From Methanocaldococcus sp. 28A (lineage in GTDB: Archaea; AGJL01; Methanococci; Methanococcales; Methanocaldococcaceae): 64,000 nucleotides of DNA. Positions 10,958 to 23,964 of the stretch are shown here, in pieces. The notes beneath the pieces were generated by a model, which saw nothing but the letters and a program-made list of their open reading frames with translations, was not told where the DNA came from and did no database searches. Numbering within the stretch: position 1 is the first letter of the stretch; each line of letters opens with the position of its first letter. The DNA is taken from the NCBI GenBank assembly GCA_049852185.1, contig CP187540.1; one strand, given 5' to 3'. Both the position numbers and the translations under genes were made by a program.

Positions 10958-13900
10958 CTATTTAAAAAACCTATCTAAGGTTAATTGACTCCCTTCTTTC
11001 TTTAACTCATTTTTTGAAACACCTACAGCCTCCATAATTCTCAAAACTGGAGGCAAAATTTGGTTATCTATATAATAATTTACATCTACTTCATCAATAT
11101 CTACTTCTTCTGGAAGCTTTGCTCTCTCACTTATAGATTTAGCTCCTTTAACTATTATATAGCCAATAATGTCTCCAACTTTAATTCTCTTCCCTTCTCT
11201 CATCAATTTCTTAGCAATTTCAACATGAGGAGCAGTGGTTTTATACTCCTTAGGGTCTTTTGTTAGTTGAGTGTAAATTATTAAATCTTCTTTTTTTATT
11301 TTCTTCTCTCTTAAATCTTTAATAACATCTTGAATTATTTTTTTAGCTTTTTCTATACTACCTTCAACTAATAATGATTCTAAAACCTTTTTTTGAGTTA
11401 TCTTTGCTATGTTAGACCAATCCCTCCTAACAAATTCAAGACCTTTAACTGTAACTCTTCCATTTTCGTCAATTAAGGCATATCTTTTTTTAGTAACAAA
11501 GATACCTCTTTTAAAGTAGCCCTCAAATTCTAACTCCATAGTTCCAGGTAGTTTTGAGTTTATATATTCAACGAATTCCAGAGCTTTTTTTATTAACTCA
11601 TCTTTGCTAATTTTTTCTTTCCAAATTGCATAGAAGCCGTCTGTATCAACATAAATAACTTTAAATCCAAATTTTTCAGCTTCTTCAGTTGTTTGTTGGA
11701 TATATTTCCTACCTAAGTAAGTAACAACTTCTGCACATTCTCTACTGTAAAATCTTGCTCTTGGAAAAGCTAAGTAACCATAAACACTATTATGTGCATA
11801 TATATTATTAACTAAGAAGTTTTCGTATTTTTCAACGCTCAAATCATAGACATATCCTTTATAATCAAATTCTTCAACTTCTTTAACTTCATCAAGCATT
11901 AGGTCTTTAACTATTGGATAGTTTGGATTTAACGTTAATTTATAGCCTTTATTTTTAACTGGTGTGAATCTTGTTGGTATTCCAAATAAGCTAAACAATA
12001 ACATTAGCTGATGTAAATATTTTTCATCCTTAGCCATAAATGTTGTAGTCCCTTTATGAGAGTTTTTCTTTGCCTTTAAAAATCCTCTTAAGAAGCTTTT
12101 TATAATACTTTCTTCTGCTAAAAATATTTCTTCTGGAATATGCTTTTTCTCTTTATCCCCACATTTAAAGATATATTTTAGAACTAAATATACAATTTTA
12201 TTCTTCATTGTAACTTTATCTTTACCTATACTTCCCACACCAAATGTATTTCTAAATACCTCTGCAATTTCTTTTTGATACTCTGGTAATGATTTATATA
12301 TGGAAACTTCATAAACAGTCTCATCCTTCCTTTTAAATTTCTTTAATCTTCCTTTACTAACAAAGAATCCTAAAAATTTGGCTAAATTCTCATCCAATTT
12401 TATAATAGCATTTATCTTTCCACTAAATGCTCCTATCTCACAATCTTCAAACTCTTTATCTGGAATATATGGGATAAATTCCTTTACCTTCATATATTGT
12501 ATATTACAACTATTATCTCTAAATGAGCCATAATTTACAAATGTCTCAATGTATTTTTTGTAAATTTTGAATTTCTCCTCATCTAATATTTTCACATCTA
12601 TTTTATTTATTTTGGTGATAATATTATAATCTATTAACTCGAGATTTCTTAGATATTCAATACAGTCATCAAAGACAAGTTTTAATTTATTCATCTCAAT
12701 ATCTTCAAGAGTTTTCTTCAACCTAACTAAAAAATCTTTATTTTTATGCTTTGTTATGGTTAAATCTTTAATCTCCTCCTCATCAGCATTAATTAACCTT
12801 TTTGGAACATTTATAAGAATTTCCTTTTTATTAACAAATTTTAGCTTTCTTGGAACAAATATTAAATCACCAGGTTTTATTTCATCCCCCCTAACACATA
12901 CGGGCCTTCCTTTTTCATATTTGAATAAACTATGGTCTTCTGTTACTTTTATTGTTCTACCAGACCTTAGCTTTATTTTATAAGCTTTTCCAAAGTATGG
13001 ATGCCTAATTAACGCTTTAACTCTATTTATTGAGCATTTCTTAGTTTTTCTATTGAATGAATATGTTTTTATATCATTAACTTCTAAGATTTCGCTAAGT
13101 TTAATATGTTTAATCTTCTCTTTATGCTTTCTCATTAAATTATCTATATATTCTCCAATCTTTACGACTTTTACTCCATCATCTTCAATTATTGTTAAAT
13201 ATTCGTCAGGTAGAATGCTATTAGCTAAAATCTTTAATGATTTCTGTTCATAATCTAAAAGTTTATATTCTCCATAAGAATCTTCAATTTTTTCCAATTC
13301 TTTCATTTTTTTCTTAATGTTTATTCTTCTTTCAATTAAATTTCTTAAAGATTTAGGAATTAATCCTTCTTTCTTTTTACAAAACCAATGTCCTAAGATT
13401 TTTTCACTACTATCTTTACAACACTCACAATCTAAGGTTTCTGGGCTTATATTGTAGGAAATAATTATTGATGGATATAATGACCTAAAATCCATTGAGA
13501 TAATATCTTCAAACATCCCTTTTTCTGGTTCTTTGACATAACCTCCTTCGTAAGTTGTTAATAATCTTCTTTTATACTCTTCTTCATCTGGTTTATTAGG
13601 AATCATCATATTTTCTTTAAATGCATTTTTCATTAGTAGATATTCAACCATTTGCCCAGAAGTCATTCTTGTAATCTCAAATAGGGTTTGATTAACAATC
13701 CTTGAGAACATAGTTTCCAATGGGAAGAAATAATTTCCTGTTTTGTATGTGTATTTAGCATCTTGCAAGGAATATTCTATTAGAGTTTTATCATTATTTA
13801 TCCAATAATCTACAATCTTTGTGTGAGGGATTTTTAGCTTTTCAATTCCAAATAAATTATAGACAACATCTTCCAAAGTGTATTTTGTTAATTTTAACAA

Positions 13901-14755
13901 TCTTCTTGATATTGGATATAAATCAATATGAACTCTACCTGGAATGTAGCTTCTATATTCCATTCCTCCTCTTTTTATTTTCAATTCATCCCCCTCTCTC
14001 CCCAAATTAACATCTATTCCATATATCTTGGCTCTTGCCTTTAAATAAGGAAAATCAAAGTTATCTCCGTTGTATGTGTAGATTATATCATATTCTTTTA
14101 GAGTTTCAATGATTCTTTTAATTAAAATCTTCTCATTTTCAACCACTTCTATATTTGGATGGTCAAATTCTTTGTAAGTTATAACCTTCCCTCCATTTTC
14201 ATCCCAAAAGCTTGCCATTAAAATAGAGTCTCTTTCAGAATTAGGTTCAGTATCTCTATTATAAACTTCCATATCGAAAGCTACAGCTTTTAATTTAGGA
14301 ATTTCAATGCTTACAGGTTTTTTATTTTCAAAATCCCAATATGTCATTGGAATTATTTTATTGTCTATTAGATATCTCTTAGCAAAAGGAATGTCATGCT
14401 CATAAATCTCTTTAACAATCTCACAATTTTTAATTTTTCTAAGCTTTGGAACTTTTTGTGGATGTGTAGCTATAATTTTAATTACTTCCTTTTCCTTTCT
14501 GAGAATAGTTTTTTTAACAACTTCAAAATTTTCAACAAACTTTAGTAAATCATTTTTTAAAAGAAACTCTTTTATTATTTCAATATCTTCATCATCAACT
14601 TTATCTTTATTTAATTCAACGTAAAAATATGGATTAAAATCTCTATCTTTTAAAATAGAGTTAATTAAATAGAGATAAATAACTGCCTTATCATCAACAG
14701 TTTTATAGGTATTGTCTATCAAAGCATCAATTTTTATCTTATTTAATTTTCCCAT
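10958..14755 (-). CDS. polB: Family B DNA polymerase with one intein
   Basis: Exo[26 protein letters not shown]^SVYGY, YVDTDG; likely start MGKLNK at 14755 after a GTGAT RBS. Confidence 0.97.
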   Translation of the reverse strand: MGKLNKIKIDALIDNTYKTVDDKAVIYLYLINSILKDRDFNPYFYVELNKDKVDDEDIEIIKEFLLKNDLLKFVENFEVVKKTILRKEKEVIKIIATHPQKVPKLRKIKNCEIVKEIYEHDIPFAKRYLIDNKIIPMTYWDFENKKPVSIEIPKLKAVAFDMEVYNRDTEPNSERDSILMASFWDENGGKVITYKEFDHPNIEVVENEKILIKRIIETLKEYDIIYTYNGDNFDFPYLKARAKIYGIDVNLGREGDELKIKRGGMEYRSYIPGRVHIDLYPISRRLLKLTKYTLEDVVYNLFGIEKLKIPHTKIVDYWINNDKTLIEYSLQDAKYTYKTGNYFFPLETMFSRIVNQTLFEITRMTSGQMVEYLLMKNAFKENMMIPNKPDEEEYKRRLLTTYEGGYVKEPEKGMFEDIISMDFRSLYPSIIISYNISPETLDCECCKDSSEKILGHWFCKKKEGLIPKSLRNLIERRINIKKKMKELEKIEDSYGEYKLLDYEQKSLKILANSILPDEYLTIIEDDGVKVVKIGEYIDNLMRKHKEKIKHIKLSEILEVNDIKTYSFNRKTKKCSINRVKALIRHPYFGKAYKIKLRSGRTIKVTEDHSLFKYEKGRPVCVRGDEIKPGDLIFVPRKLKFVNKKEILINVPKRLINADEEEIKDLTITKHKNKDFLVRLKKTLEDIEMNKLKLVFDDCIEYLRNLELIDYNIITKINKIDVKILDEEKFKIYKKYIETFVNYGSFRDNSCNIQYMKVKEFIPYIPDKEFEDCEIGAFSGKINAIIKLDENLAKFLGFFVSKGRLKKFKRKDETVYEVSIYKSLPEYQKEIAEVFRNTFGVGSIGKDKVTMKNKIVYLVLKYIFKCGDKEKKHIPEEIFLAEESIIKSFLRGFLKAKKNSHKGTTTFMAKDEKYLHQLMLLFSLFGIPTRFTPVKNKGYKLTLNPNYPIVKDLMLDEVKEVEEFDYKGYVYDLSVEKYENFLVNNIYAHNSVYGYLAFPRARFYSRECAEVVTYLGRKYIQQTTEEAEKFGFKVIYVDTDGFYAIWKEKISKDELIKKALEFVEYINSKLPGTMELEFEGYFKRGIFVTKKRYALIDENGRVTVKGLEFVRRDWSNIAKITQKKVLESLLVEGSIEKAKKIIQDVIKDLREKKIKKEDLIIYTQLTKDPKEYKTTAPHVEIAKKLMREGKRIKVGDIIGYIIVKGAKSISERAKLPEEVDIDEVDVNYYIDNQILPPVLRIMEAVGVSKNELKKEGSQLTLDRFFK
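11789..13219 (-). mobile_element. 477-aa intein at the KILAN/SxYG site with degenerate LAGLIDADG endonuclease
   Basis: Starts SILPDE, block B VTEDHSLF, ends VYDLSVE...YAHN followed by Ser. Confidence 0.95.
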
Positions 14756-16608
14756 ATCACTTCCCCACAATTTTGTGGTTTTTTAAATGGTAATTTAGCT
14801 TTTTTTAAGGCATCAATAAATTTTTTAACATCTTCATCATTAAGTCTATCTTTTCTAATTAAGAAGTCATAGTGTTCATTAGCTAATGGAATAAAAGCTA
14901 AATTATACTGTTCTGCAACCGTCTTTATTCCCAAACCAATATCTGCCTTTTTCATTGCTATGGCTGTAGCAACTGCTGAATGGGTTTTTGCCTCTATATT
15001 GTAACCTTTAATCTCTTTTGGATTAATTCTATTTTCTTTCAAAAATTTATCAAACAGTATTCTTGTTCCAGAGCCTTTATTTCTATTTATGAACTCTAAG
15101 TTATAAATATTTTCTACAATTTCCTCAATTGATTTAAAGTTTAATTCTTTCCTAAACATAAATCCTTGCTCTCTAATATAGCCTCTAACTAATACAGCAT
15201 CTTTAATTTTATATCTCTCTAAGAATGGGATATTATAAATGTTTGTCTTTTCATCCAACAAATGAATTCCAGCTATATCTGCTTCTCCTCTTTTTATCGC
15301 TAATAATCCTCCTAAAGAACCAACATTTATTGTCTTTGCCAATATTTTTGCCTCTTTTAGTATTATATCAACTCCAATACAATGACTGCCAATAATATTT
15401 AATCCAACTTTAACATCTCCAAATAGATGAACTTCAACTTCTTCATTTTCTAAAATCTCTTTATTTTCATCTATAATGATATATCCATCTGCCTCTGATA
15501 GTGAAGTTATTGCCCCACTTCCCTTAGTTATTGGATAAGCTGAATAGCCGTTTTTATGCTTAACTAAGATGACTGGCAAATATTCTACTCTCCCTTTTGC
15601 TGATATATATCTCTGTGGGAACTTTGCCTTTATAACATTTTTTTCATTCCCAAATAGAACATCAAATATTGTTAGGCATGATGTAGGATAACCAGGCAAT
15701 CCGACAATTAATTTATCTTTTATTTTTCCAATTATCGTTGGTTTTCCAGGCTTTATTTTTATTCCATGAACTAAAATTTCCCCTCCCAATTCTTTTATAG
15801 CTGTTTCAGTTAAATCCCCTACACCAGCAGAAGTTCCTCCACTTAATAAGACTATATCACATTTTAAAGCTTTTTTAATCTTTTCTTTTAAATCTTCTTT
15901 ATCATCTTTAGCAATTCCAAAAAATTCAAAATCATAGCCGAGATTTTTTATATATGAAGCTAATGTATATGTGTTTATATCATAGATTTTTCCGAACTCT
16001 AATGGCTTTTCTGGGCTTATAATCTCATTTCCTGTAGAGATGATTCCAAATTTTAGTTTTTTATAAACTTTAATCTTATTTTTTCCTATAGCTGCTAACA
16101 CTCCAATATCTCTTGGTGTTAATTTGGTATGTTTTCTTAAAATTAGCTCGCCAGCCATTATATCTGAGCCAGTGAATTGGATATTTTCCATAGGAGGAAC
16201 AGCTTTGTATATCTTAACCTTATCATCTTTTTTTTCAGTGTATTCAACCATTACTACAGCATTAGCTCCTTTTGGAATTATCGCACCAGTGGCTATCTCA
16301 ACGCATTCTCCATTATTTATTTTTAGGTCCTTAATCTCCCCAGCTTTTAAACTACCTATAACCTTTAACTCTATTGGATTGTCTTCATCTGCTTCATAAG
16401 TATCTTCTGCTTTAACAGCATATCCATCCATCTTTGCCCTATCATAAGGTGGAACGTCTATCTCTGAAAAAATATCTTCAGCCAAAACTCTTCCTAAGGC
16501 ATTGAATAAATCAACTTCTTCAGTTTCATTTTTTAATCTTTCTAAATGCTCATTTATTAAAGATTTCACTTCTTCAATGCCATGTAATGTTAAATATCTC
16601 ATAAACAT
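14743..16608 (-). CDS. moeA: MoeA fused to a PBP/LysR-type substrate-binding domain
   Basis: [32 protein letters not shown]; C-terminal GSHC...[10 protein letters not shown]. Confidence 0.92.
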   Translation of the reverse strand: MFMRYLTLHGIEEVKSLINEHLERLKNETEEVDLFNALGRVLAEDIFSEIDVPPYDRAKMDGYAVKAEDTYEADEDNPIELKVIGSLKAGEIKDLKINNGECVEIATGAIIPKGANAVVMVEYTEKKDDKVKIYKAVPPMENIQFTGSDIMAGELILRKHTKLTPRDIGVLAAIGKNKIKVYKKLKFGIISTGNEIISPEKPLEFGKIYDINTYTLASYIKNLGYDFEFFGIAKDDKEDLKEKIKKALKCDIVLLSGGTSAGVGDLTETAIKELGGEILVHGIKIKPGKPTIIGKIKDKLIVGLPGYPTSCLTIFDVLFGNEKNVIKAKFPQRYISAKGRVEYLPVILVKHKNGYSAYPITKGSGAITSLSEADGYIIIDENKEILENEEVEVHLFGDVKVGLNIIGSHCIGVDIILKEAKILAKTINVGSLGGLLAIKRGEADIAGIHLLDEKTNIYNIPFLERYKIKDAVLVRGYIREQGFMFRKELNFKSIEEIVENIYNLEFINRNKGSGTRILFDKFLKENRINPKEIKGYNIEAKTHSAVATAIAMKKADIGLGIKTVAEQYNLAFIPLANEHYDFLIRKDRLNDEDVKKFIDALKKAKLPFKKPQNCGEVIWEN

Positions 16609-17261
16609 CTCCTCTTCACTAAAAATCTCCCAGCTGATGAATGTTTAGGAAAAATCTCTAAACCTAAGCTTTTTAAGTAATTCTTTGTAAAGGTATTGTT
16701 TCCATGAATGAATATCTCTCCCAAGTCCTCTGGTGTGTTGATATCAACAGATATTAAAAATGAATCATAAATGTAATATTTTAAATTCCTCTTTTCTGCC
16801 TCTTCTAAGTGTTTTAAAAAGCTGAAACCTTCATATTTTATTTCAATTAAATTTTTAGATTTTAGATATAATAGATTAGTTCCTCCTCCTCTTGATGGAG
16901 CTATAATTATATCATAGCTATGAGAAAGTTTTAGGATATCTTCAATATGCTTTTTCTTAATTAATGGAATATCTGCTGGGATAATAATAACTTCATTATC
17001 TTTAATCTCATTAAATGCTTGTTTTATTGCATTGTTTAATCCTTTATATTTTTCTTTAATAATCTCTGCTTTTAATTCATTTTTAGCAAAATTTAGTATT
17101 TCTTCATCTCTACTAACAACAACTACATCCAAACCTTCTAAAGCTTTTCTAATATCCTTAAGCATATTTAATAATAAATATTTCCTCTCTTCATCACTTA
17201 AAAACTCTGATAATCTGGTTTTTAGTGAGTTTATTGGAGAGACTGGAATTATTACCTTCAT
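16599..17261 (-). CDS. cofC: 2-phospho-L-lactate guanylyltransferase
   Basis: [30 protein letters not shown]. Confidence 0.93.
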   Translation of the reverse strand: MKVIIPVSPINSLKTRLSEFLSDEERKYLLLNMLKDIRKALEGLDVVVVSRDEEILNFAKNELKAEIIKEKYKGLNNAIKQAFNEIKDNEVIIIPADIPLIKKKHIEDILKLSHSYDIIIAPSRGGGTNLLYLKSKNLIEIKYEGFSFLKHLEEAEKRNLKYYIYDSFLISVDINTPEDLGEIFIHGNNTFTKNYLKSLGLEIFPKHSSAGRFLVKRRCL

Positions 17262-17280
17262 TATCTCCCAATCTTATTAT

Positions 17281-17901
17281 TTATATAAACAATCTCGCAT
17301 ATTCAAAAGCCATTCTATCCCCAGCATCGCCATGTCCAGGATATATTTTATTTATATTTCTTTCATTAGCTATTCTTTCTAACAAATTTATTGAGTTTCT
17401 TAGTTCAATAACATTTCCTGTTGGTAAGTCCCATCTTCCAACTCCATAGGAAAAGATTGTGTCTCCAGTTATTAAACCATCTTTATAGATTATTGAGATA
17501 GAGCCATAAGTATGTCCTGGAGTTCTTATAACCTCTAAATCATAATTTTTTAGCTCTTCCTCAACTTCAGATAAAGGAATTATTTCTTTTGGAGGATTGA
17601 GTTTAGCTCCAAATAAGGAAGATACAGTAACTTCATCCCCATTTTTTAAATGCTTAACCTCTTTATCCTCAATTATTGTTGGACAGTTAAAATGTTCCTC
17701 AATCAAACAATCTGCTGATGAATGGTCAAAATGGCAATGGGTATTTATTATTAAGTCAATATTTTTTATATTGTTTTTTTCTAACTCTTCCATTAATATA
17801 TTGAATGTTCCTGAAATGCCAGGGTCTATTAGGATATTTTTCTTTCCAATTATTAGGTAAGAGTTTGAGCTATACCCATATCCATTAAGCTTTAAAATCA
17901 C
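17281..17901 (-). CDS. Metallo-beta-lactamase-fold hydrolase
   Basis: THCHFDH, TPGHT, GD, PGHG. Confidence 0.9.
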   Translation of the reverse strand: MILKLNGYGYSSNSYLIIGKKNILIDPGISGTFNILMEELEKNNIKNIDLIINTHCHFDHSSADCLIEEHFNCPTIIEDKEVKHLKNGDEVTVSSLFGAKLNPPKEIIPLSEVEEELKNYDLEVIRTPGHTYGSISIIYKDGLITGDTIFSYGVGRWDLPTGNVIELRNSINLLERIANERNINKIYPGHGDAGDRMAFEYARLFI

Positions 17902-18254
17902 TTTTCCACCAATTTTTTCCTGATTTTAATTAGAATATATAAAGCCTCTCCAATGTCTTTAATTCTATTAATCTCATTTTCCTCTTTTAATTTATTTAAT
18001 AAATAATTTATTTTTTCAGAGATTATTTTATTAATATTGTTCTCGTTTATTTCTATTTTTAAATATGTATTTTCTTCAATTTTTTCAGATTTTTTAGTTT
18101 CCTCTACTTCTTCATTTCTTAATTTTTCACATATAACACAGTATATTTTCCCATCTTTTTCTAATAAAGGATAACCACACTTTGGACAATGTTTTGATAG
18201 CATCTTTGCTCCTCTTAATATTTCATTTGATATTAATTTTATATTTTCATCCAT
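17898..18254 (-). CDS. UPF0148 / SSSCA1-like Zn-ribbon protein
   Basis: LRGAKMLSKHCPKCGYPL...YCVIC. Confidence 0.85.
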   Translation of the reverse strand: MDENIKLISNEILRGAKMLSKHCPKCGYPLLEKDGKIYCVICEKLRNEEVEETKKSEKIEENTYLKIEINENNINKIISEKINYLLNKLKEENEINRIKDIGEALYILIKIRKKLVEK

Positions 18255-18271
18255 AATTCATCCCATTAATA

Positions 18272-19252
18272 TTAATTTTTTATAACTTCTATATTTTTGC
18301 AAATATCTAAAATTTTATCCTTAGTTAATTCATCTATTTTATAATATTTAAATCCAAATCTATCCGCAATTTCTTTTCCAATTCCAATCTTTATAAATGA
18401 TTGTGGCTCTGTATCAATTAATATAACATTAATTCCTTTCTCAGATATTTTCTCACACGCATCGAAAACCTCTTTAATATAATCTTTTTTAACAGCCACA
18501 TTAGGCTTGAAATCACTAATTACAATCATTATTGGGATTATATTTGGATTTTTTCTAAGTTCTCTATCAAAGACATCATAGCTTTTAATAAATGCATCAG
18601 CCAAAGGAGTTTTTCCACCAGTTGGCAAATCTTTTAACATTTTCTCTCCAAGCTCTACTGAAGATGTAAATGGCAAAATAACTTCTGCTTTATCTTTTCT
18701 AAATGCAATCATCCCTATCTTATTCCTCTTTTGATAAGCATCTAAAAGTAGAGATATTATAGCCCCCTTAGCAGCTTCCATTCTTCTCATAGCACCCATC
18801 GAACCACTCGCATCAACAACAAATAATATATGGGATGATATTTTCCTCTGTCTTACCTTTTCTACAATATCATCCTTTTCTAAATAAATGGCTAATTTTT
18901 TATTAGCCTTCTTTTTTCTCTCTTTTTGTTTTATAGCTGCCCTTCTAAATGTTGCATCAAAAGCAATATCAGCAGTTTTATCTTTTGGGAGCCTAAATTT
19001 AATGTATCTACCTCTCTTGCTATAACTCTTAATATGCCTTCCAGAGCCATATCTATGGATATTATCTCTAATTTTAAATTGTATTAGTTTTGGGTTAATT
19101 TTGATATTATTATCTACACCAAAGGTCTTTTCAAAGTCATCTTGATTGGATTCATCTTTATTCTCATTTTCATCATTATTATTTTTTTGATTATTATTTA
19201 AATTAGTTTCTTCATCAGTCTCATTCTTTATTTCATCATGTTTTTTTTTACG
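18272..19252 (-). CDS. chlD: C-terminal linker and vWA domain of ChlD-like chelatase subunit, reached by a -1 frameshift
   Basis: Frame is open from 19252 to 18272 with no ATG before 18799; [14 protein letters not shown] starts upstream of that ATG; GGKTPL, ISD. Confidence 0.88.
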   Translation of the reverse strand, partial: RKKKHDEIKNETDEETNLNNNQKNNNDENENKDESNQDDFEKTFGVDNNIKINPKLIQFKIRDNIHRYGSGRHIKSYSKRGRYIKFRLPKDKTADIAFDATFRRAAIKQKERKKKANKKLAIYLEKDDIVEKVRQRKISSHILFVVDASGSMGAMRRMEAAKGAIISLLLDAYQKRNKIGMIAFRKDKAEVILPFTSSVELGEKMLKDLPTGGKTPLADAFIKSYDVFDRELRKNPNIIPIMIVISDFKPNVAVKKDYIKEVFDACEKISEKGINVILIDTEPQSFIKIGIGKEIADRFGFKYYKIDELTKDKILDICKNIEVIKN

Positions 19253-20325
19253 TCATCATTTTTATGTTTCTTTTTTTCTTCTTCATTATTATTTTTTTGC
19301 TCTTTGAATTCATTAATCATTTGCTCCAATTTTTCTTTATTTAATTGTGGAGGTTCAAATGGTTTTCTTCTCATTCTGTGTGGTAGGGCTAATTCCATAG
19401 CCTCTTTAACATCATCTAAAGTTACTTTTGTTCTTCCATTGTAAGCTGCTAAAGCTTTAGCAGTCCTAACAACAGTTATATCAGCCCTATTTGTTTGAAT
19501 TCCTAATTCAATACAAACTTTTGATATAAATTCTAAGAGTTCATCACTTATCTCAACATCTTTTAAAATTTCTCTTGCTTTAATTATTTTTTCTCTCAAT
19601 TTTTTCTGTTCGTCTTCGAATTTTTTATAAAATTCTTCTGGATTGTTGTTGAACTCTTCAACTCTTTTTATAACTTCTACTCTATCTTTAATATTGTTTA
19701 ATCCTTCAACATCAACCATTAAACCAAATCTATCTAAGATTTGAGGTCTTAACTCTCCCTCTTCTGGATTCATAGTTCCCACTAATATAAATCTTGAAGG
19801 ATGCTTTACCTTAACCCCTTCTCTCTCAATAATATTCCAACCCATTGCTGCAGCATCTAACAACACATCAATTATATGGTCATCCAATAAATTAACTTCA
19901 TCAATGTATAGGATGTTTCTATTTGCCTCTGCTAAAATTCCTGGTTCTAATGCTTTAATACCTTCTTTTATTGCTTTCTCTATATCTAATGTTCCAATAA
20001 CTCTATCTTCAGTAGCACCTATTGGAAGATTAACAACCTTCATTTTCTTTTTTGTTATTTTTAGCTCTCCACGCTCTTTCTTTTCTTTACATATATCGCA
20101 CAACTCTCCTTTTGGGTCGCAGTTGAATGGACAACCTTCAACAACTTCAATTTCTGGTAATAAGTCTGCTAAAGCTCTAACTGCAGTAGATTTTGCTGTC
20201 CCCTTCTCTCCTCTAATTAAAACTCCTCCAATCTTTGGATTTATTGCATTTAAAATTAAAGCTTTCTTCATCTTTTCCTGTCCAACAATTGCAGTGAATG
20301 GATAAATATATTGCATAATTATCAC
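19228..20325 (-). CDS. chlI: ChlI-like AAA+ chelatase subunit (0-frame product)
   Basis: [46 protein letters not shown]. Confidence 0.93.
   Translation of the reverse strand: MIIMQYIYPFTAIVGQEKMKKALILNAINPKIGGVLIRGEKGTAKSTAVRALADLLPEIEVVEGCPFNCDPKGELCDICKEKKERGELKITKKKMKVVNLPIGATEDRVIGTLDIEKAIKEGIKALEPGILAEANRNILYIDEVNLLDDHIIDVLLDAAAMGWNIIEREGVKVKHPSRFILVGTMNPEEGELRPQILDRFGLMVDVEGLNNIKDRVEVIKRVEEFNNNPEEFYKKFEDEQKKLREKIIKAREILKDVEISDELLEFISKVCIELGIQTNRADITVVRTAKALAAYNGRTKVTLDDVKEAMELALPHRMRRKPFEPPQLNKEKLEQMINEFKEQKNNNEEEKKKHKNDDVKKNMMK
19241..19251 (-). other. Slippery A9 site (GTA AAA AAA AAC) for -1 frameshift or slippage
   Basis: Only slippery run in the short 0/-1 frame overlap; the -1 frame is closed by TGA TGA just upstream. 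Confidence 0.85.
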
Positions 20326-20448
20326 ACATTTTAATACTAATTTTTGATTTTTATGATATAGATAATACTTTTTATATTATTTTAGGTAGTTGGTATAACA
20401 TATATTTAAATGTTGCTGAAATAAAGTTAATTTTAATAGGTTTTAAAT

Positions 20449-21177
20449 GTGGTAAATATGATAGCTATAATTAGTGATATACACTCCAACTTAGAGGCAT
20501 TGAAGGCAGTTTTAGAAGATATAAAAAATAGAGGGATTAAAAAAATTGTTTGTTTAGGAGATATTGTTGGTTATGGAGCCAATCCAAATGAATGCATAGA
20601 ATTAATAAAAGAGTATAACTGCATAAGTGTAGTAGGAAACCATGATTATGGCGTTTTAGGGAAAGAAAGCTTAGATTATTTCAACACATATGGAGTCATA
20701 GCAATACTATGGACTAAAAAAATTATTAAAGATGAAAATTTAAAATTTTTAGATTCTTTGCCATTGGTTATTGAAGAAAAGATAAAGAATAAAAAGGTTA
20801 TATTTTCTCATGCAAATCCTAAGTATCCAGAGATTTGGGAATATCTATTTCCAGATTATGTTGATGATGTATTTGATTGTGGAGATTTAATATTTGTTGG
20901 ACATTCTCACATTCCATTTGTAAATTCTGAAGAAGGGAATTTATTGGTTCATGAAGGCTATATAAAATTAGATGAAAATAAAAGATATCTAATAAACCCT
21001 GGAAGTGTAGGACAACCAAGGGATGGAATAAATAAAGCAAGCTATTGCGTATTTGATGAAAAAGATTTCAAAATAGGGATTGTTAGAGTTGAATATAACA
21101 TTAGAAAAGCTTATGAAAAAATTTTAAAGAATGGATTACCAGAATGGCTTGGAGAGAGGTTATTTTTAGGAAAATAG
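20449..21177 (+). CDS. Calcineurin-like metallophosphoesterase
   Basis: DIHSN, GDIVGYG, GNHD, GHSH, NPGSVGQPRD. Confidence 0.92.
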   Translation: MVNMIAIISDIHSNLEALKAVLEDIKNRGIKKIVCLGDIVGYGANPNECIELIKEYNCISVVGNHDYGVLGKESLDYFNTYGVIAILWTKKIIKDENLKFLDSLPLVIEEKIKNKKVIFSHANPKYPEIWEYLFPDYVDDVFDCGDLIFVGHSHIPFVNSEEGNLLVHEGYIKLDENKRYLINPGSVGQPRDGINKASYCVFDEKDFKIGIVRVEYNIRKAYEKILKNGLPEWLGERLFLGK

Positions 21178-21187
21178 TTGAAAATAG

Positions 21188-21349
21188 TTAGAAGAATCTT
21201 CCATAAGTTAAAATTACCTCAATAACAATAAATGCAACAGTAACTCCAATAACATGCTCTGGTTTAACTTTAACTTTTGAAAAAGACTCATCCATATATC
21301 TTATTAAACCTGCACTTGTTGCCAACCCAGTTTCCTCCCTTTTGCTCAT
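21188..21349 (-). CDS. secG: Preprotein translocase subunit Sec-beta (53 aa, absent from ORF track)
   Basis: [53 protein letters not shown]; start overlaps the coaBC stop. Confidence 0.93.
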   Translation of the reverse strand: MSKREETGLATSAGLIRYMDESFSKVKVKPEHVIGVTVAFIVIEVILTYGRFF

Positions 21350-22542
21350 TATTTCACCAATTTTTTAACTTTTTCCACAATCTTTTCAGCAATTTCTTTC
21401 TTAGAGCCAGAGATTTTCTCAATTTCAGATTTTGTTATAATATAAACTTCACTATAATCATCACCAAAGTAATGCTTACTTAAATCATTGGCTATAATCA
21501 TATTTAAATTGTATTTATCTAATCTCTCCTTAGCCTTATTTATAAGCTCATCCTCATTTAAGTTGTATTCTGCTTTAAAACCAATAATTATTTTATCTTT
21601 ATAAATTTTCCTTAATTCTTCTAAAACCTTTGGATTTCTCTTTAACTTTAATGTTATCTCTTCTTCAGAACTCAACTTTCCCTCAAATGATTCAACAGTA
21701 AAATCAGAGATGGCTGCTGATGAGATGAGGATATCAAAGTCCTTAGCTAACTCTATAGCTTTATTTAGCATTTCTTTTGCAGTTAAAACCTTATGATTCT
21801 TTATGTAATATGGAGGTTCTAAACCCATAGCTGTTATAACCTCAACATAAAATCCTTCTCTGCAGAATGCTTCAGCTAAAGCAACGCCCATTTTTCCAGA
21901 AGATAAATTAGATATGACTCTAACTTTATCAATAAACTCAACAGTCCCCCCATTTAATATTAAAACTCTATTTCTTTCTTTTTTTAAATTATTACCAATT
22001 ATTTCAATAACTGATTTAACAACATCCTCTATACTTGCAATTTTTGCTTTTTCTTCTTCAAACTTTGGAGATATAATATATACATTATCTTTTTCTTTAA
22101 GCTCATCTATATGCCTTTTAATAGCATTGAACATATTTTCATGCATTGCTGGGACAATAAATATTGGCTTTTTTCCAATAAACATTAAAGCGGTAGTATT
22201 TACAATATTATCTGCAATTCCTAAATTTATTTTTGAGATTATGTTGGCAGTTGCTGGATATATTAAAAGGCAATCGCATTCATTGTATAGTAGGATATGT
22301 TCTATATCCCCGGTTATTTCCTCATAAACCTCATTCCCACAACCAAATTTTAAAGCCTCTTTACCAATGATTTTTTTAGTTTCTTCTGTGATGATGCAAT
22401 AAATCTCTGCTCCATGCCTTATTAATTCTCTCATCAACTTTGGAGTTTCTATGGCTGCTATTGATGAAGTTACAGCAACTAATATCTTTTTCCCTTCTAA
22501 AAGCTTTGATTTACTTCCGTTTAATAACTTAGTAGGATGCAT
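21349..22542 (-). CDS. coaBC: Bifunctional phosphopantothenoylcysteine decarboxylase/ligase
   Basis: [34 protein letters not shown]. Confidence 0.93.
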   Translation of the reverse strand: MHPTKLLNGSKSKLLEGKKILVAVTSSIAAIETPKLMRELIRHGAEIYCIITEETKKIIGKEALKFGCGNEVYEEITGDIEHILLYNECDCLLIYPATANIISKINLGIADNIVNTTALMFIGKKPIFIVPAMHENMFNAIKRHIDELKEKDNVYIISPKFEEEKAKIASIEDVVKSVIEIIGNNLKKERNRVLILNGGTVEFIDKVRVISNLSSGKMGVALAEAFCREGFYVEVITAMGLEPPYYIKNHKVLTAKEMLNKAIELAKDFDILISSAAISDFTVESFEGKLSSEEEITLKLKRNPKVLEELRKIYKDKIIIGFKAEYNLNEDELINKAKERLDKYNLNMIIANDLSKHYFGDDYSEVYIITKSEIEKISGSKKEIAEKIVEKVKKLVK

Positions 22543-22549
22543 TATCTCA

Positions 22550-22714
22550 CTATTTTAAATCTCTATTTAAATCTATAATCATTTTACATTTTGGACAAAT
22601 AACTCTTTCTCCAACACATTTAAATTCATAAGAACAATTTGGGCATCTAATATTTTTTATAAAATCATCTAAGCTATCTAAATTAATAACTGTAAATTTT
22701 TCTATCTCTTCCAT
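22550..22714 (-). CDS. Small Zn-ribbon protein
   Basis: CPNC...CPKC; likely start MEEIEKF. Confidence 0.65.
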   Translation of the reverse strand: MEEIEKFTVINLDSLDDFIKNIRCPNCSYEFKCVGERVICPKCKMIIDLNRDLK

Positions 22715-22724
22715 GTTCTCCCAA

Positions 22725-23528
22725 TTAAGTCCCAACTTTTACTGGCTCAGCTAAATCTCTAATTAATCTAACAGCTGAATAAGCCGCTAATGCTGAAGTT
22801 CTTGGATTTTCTTCAAATGGAACATTTTCAATACTAACCTTTAATGTCCCTATCGAGCTTTTAACAAATATTTCATGTTTATTTAGCTTTGCATTTGGGT
22901 CTGCGACAATAACAACTTTTGCTGGAAATTCCGCTGCTATTGATAAAGTTACTGAAACATTTATGTTCATTGGAAATTCTTTTATTGCTTCAAAAACATC
23001 TCCTTCAAATACAACAACAGGATTTTTTATATCATTTAGCTTATAACCAAGATTTTTTAAAGCATCTTCTAAGGCATTAACTGGTTTTGTTGTTTTTAAA
23101 ATTACTTTCTCTATTTTACCTAATCTCATAGCTTTTATAGCATCTAATCCACCAATAGCTCCAGATGGAAGATAAATTTTTTTCCCTATATTTTTAGCTA
23201 AATTTTGAAGTTTTAAAAATAATTCTTTATCTGCCAAAGCACCAACGCTCATTATTAAAACATCTTTGTTATTTTTTAAAGATTTTTCAGCAACTTCTTC
23301 AACTGCTTTTATTGAAGCACATTCAATAACCAAATCTAAATCTTCTTTAACTAATTCATCAATACTTTTACATATTTTAGCCCCAGTCAATTCTGAAAGT
23401 GTTTTTGCCTTATCCAAATTTCTATCATATATGGCAACTACCTTAGTATTTTTTATAGTTCCATCAACAACTTTTTTTGAAATAAAACTGCCAATAGCTC
23501 CACAACCAACAATACCAATTTTAAACAT
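22725..23528 (-). CDS. nadX: L-aspartate dehydrogenase
   Basis: [31 protein letters not shown]. Confidence 0.92.
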   Translation of the reverse strand: MFKIGIVGCGAIGSFISKKVVDGTIKNTKVVAIYDRNLDKAKTLSELTGAKICKSIDELVKEDLDLVIECASIKAVEEVAEKSLKNNKDVLIMSVGALADKELFLKLQNLAKNIGKKIYLPSGAIGGLDAIKAMRLGKIEKVILKTTKPVNALEDALKNLGYKLNDIKNPVVVFEGDVFEAIKEFPMNINVSVTLSIAAEFPAKVVIVADPNAKLNKHEIFVKSSIGTLKVSIENVPFEENPRTSALAAYSAVRLIRDLAEPVKVGT

Positions 23529-23615
23529 TTTCTGTTCACCTCATAAAAATAGAAACCAATAAAATAAAATCTCATAATGATAAATATTTAAAAATTTTCT
23601 TTAATAAAATAAATT

Positions 23616-23897
23616 TTATTTTTTCTTTAGAAATCCATAGCCAGGATCTGCAGGTGGTTTAACCAATATTATATTCCCAATTGCAGTAATTAAATTATAT
23701 GGTAAAACAACTTTCTTATTAGGGTCGGTAACATATTCCCTTAAACATCCATTTTGAATGTCCGTTACAATTAAGCCACTAATAACCCCTTTATTTAAAT
23801 CGAGCATCACGTCATAAACCTTACCAACATATATTGCAGTTGTTGTGTATATTGGTTTATCTAATATATCACTGACTCTAATTGCCATACCATCCAC
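23616..23897 (-). CDS. PRC-barrel domain protein
   Basis: [16 protein letters not shown]...[16 protein letters not shown]. Confidence 0.85.
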   Translation of the reverse strand: MDGMAIRVSDILDKPIYTTTAIYVGKVYDVMLDLNKGVISGLIVTDIQNGCLREYVTDPNKKVVLPYNLITAIGNIILVKPPADPGYGFLKKK

Positions 23898-23964
23898 CTA
23901 ACTTTTTATAATCCTTAAACTTAAAAAAATTCTATTTAACTAATCTTTATTTATATATTTTTGT

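Noticed and set aside
18272-18799. Independent 175-aa vWA gene starting at 18799
   Set aside because: That ATG lies just after the MIDAS DxSxS motif, so the product would lack it; the frame is open about 150 codons further upstream
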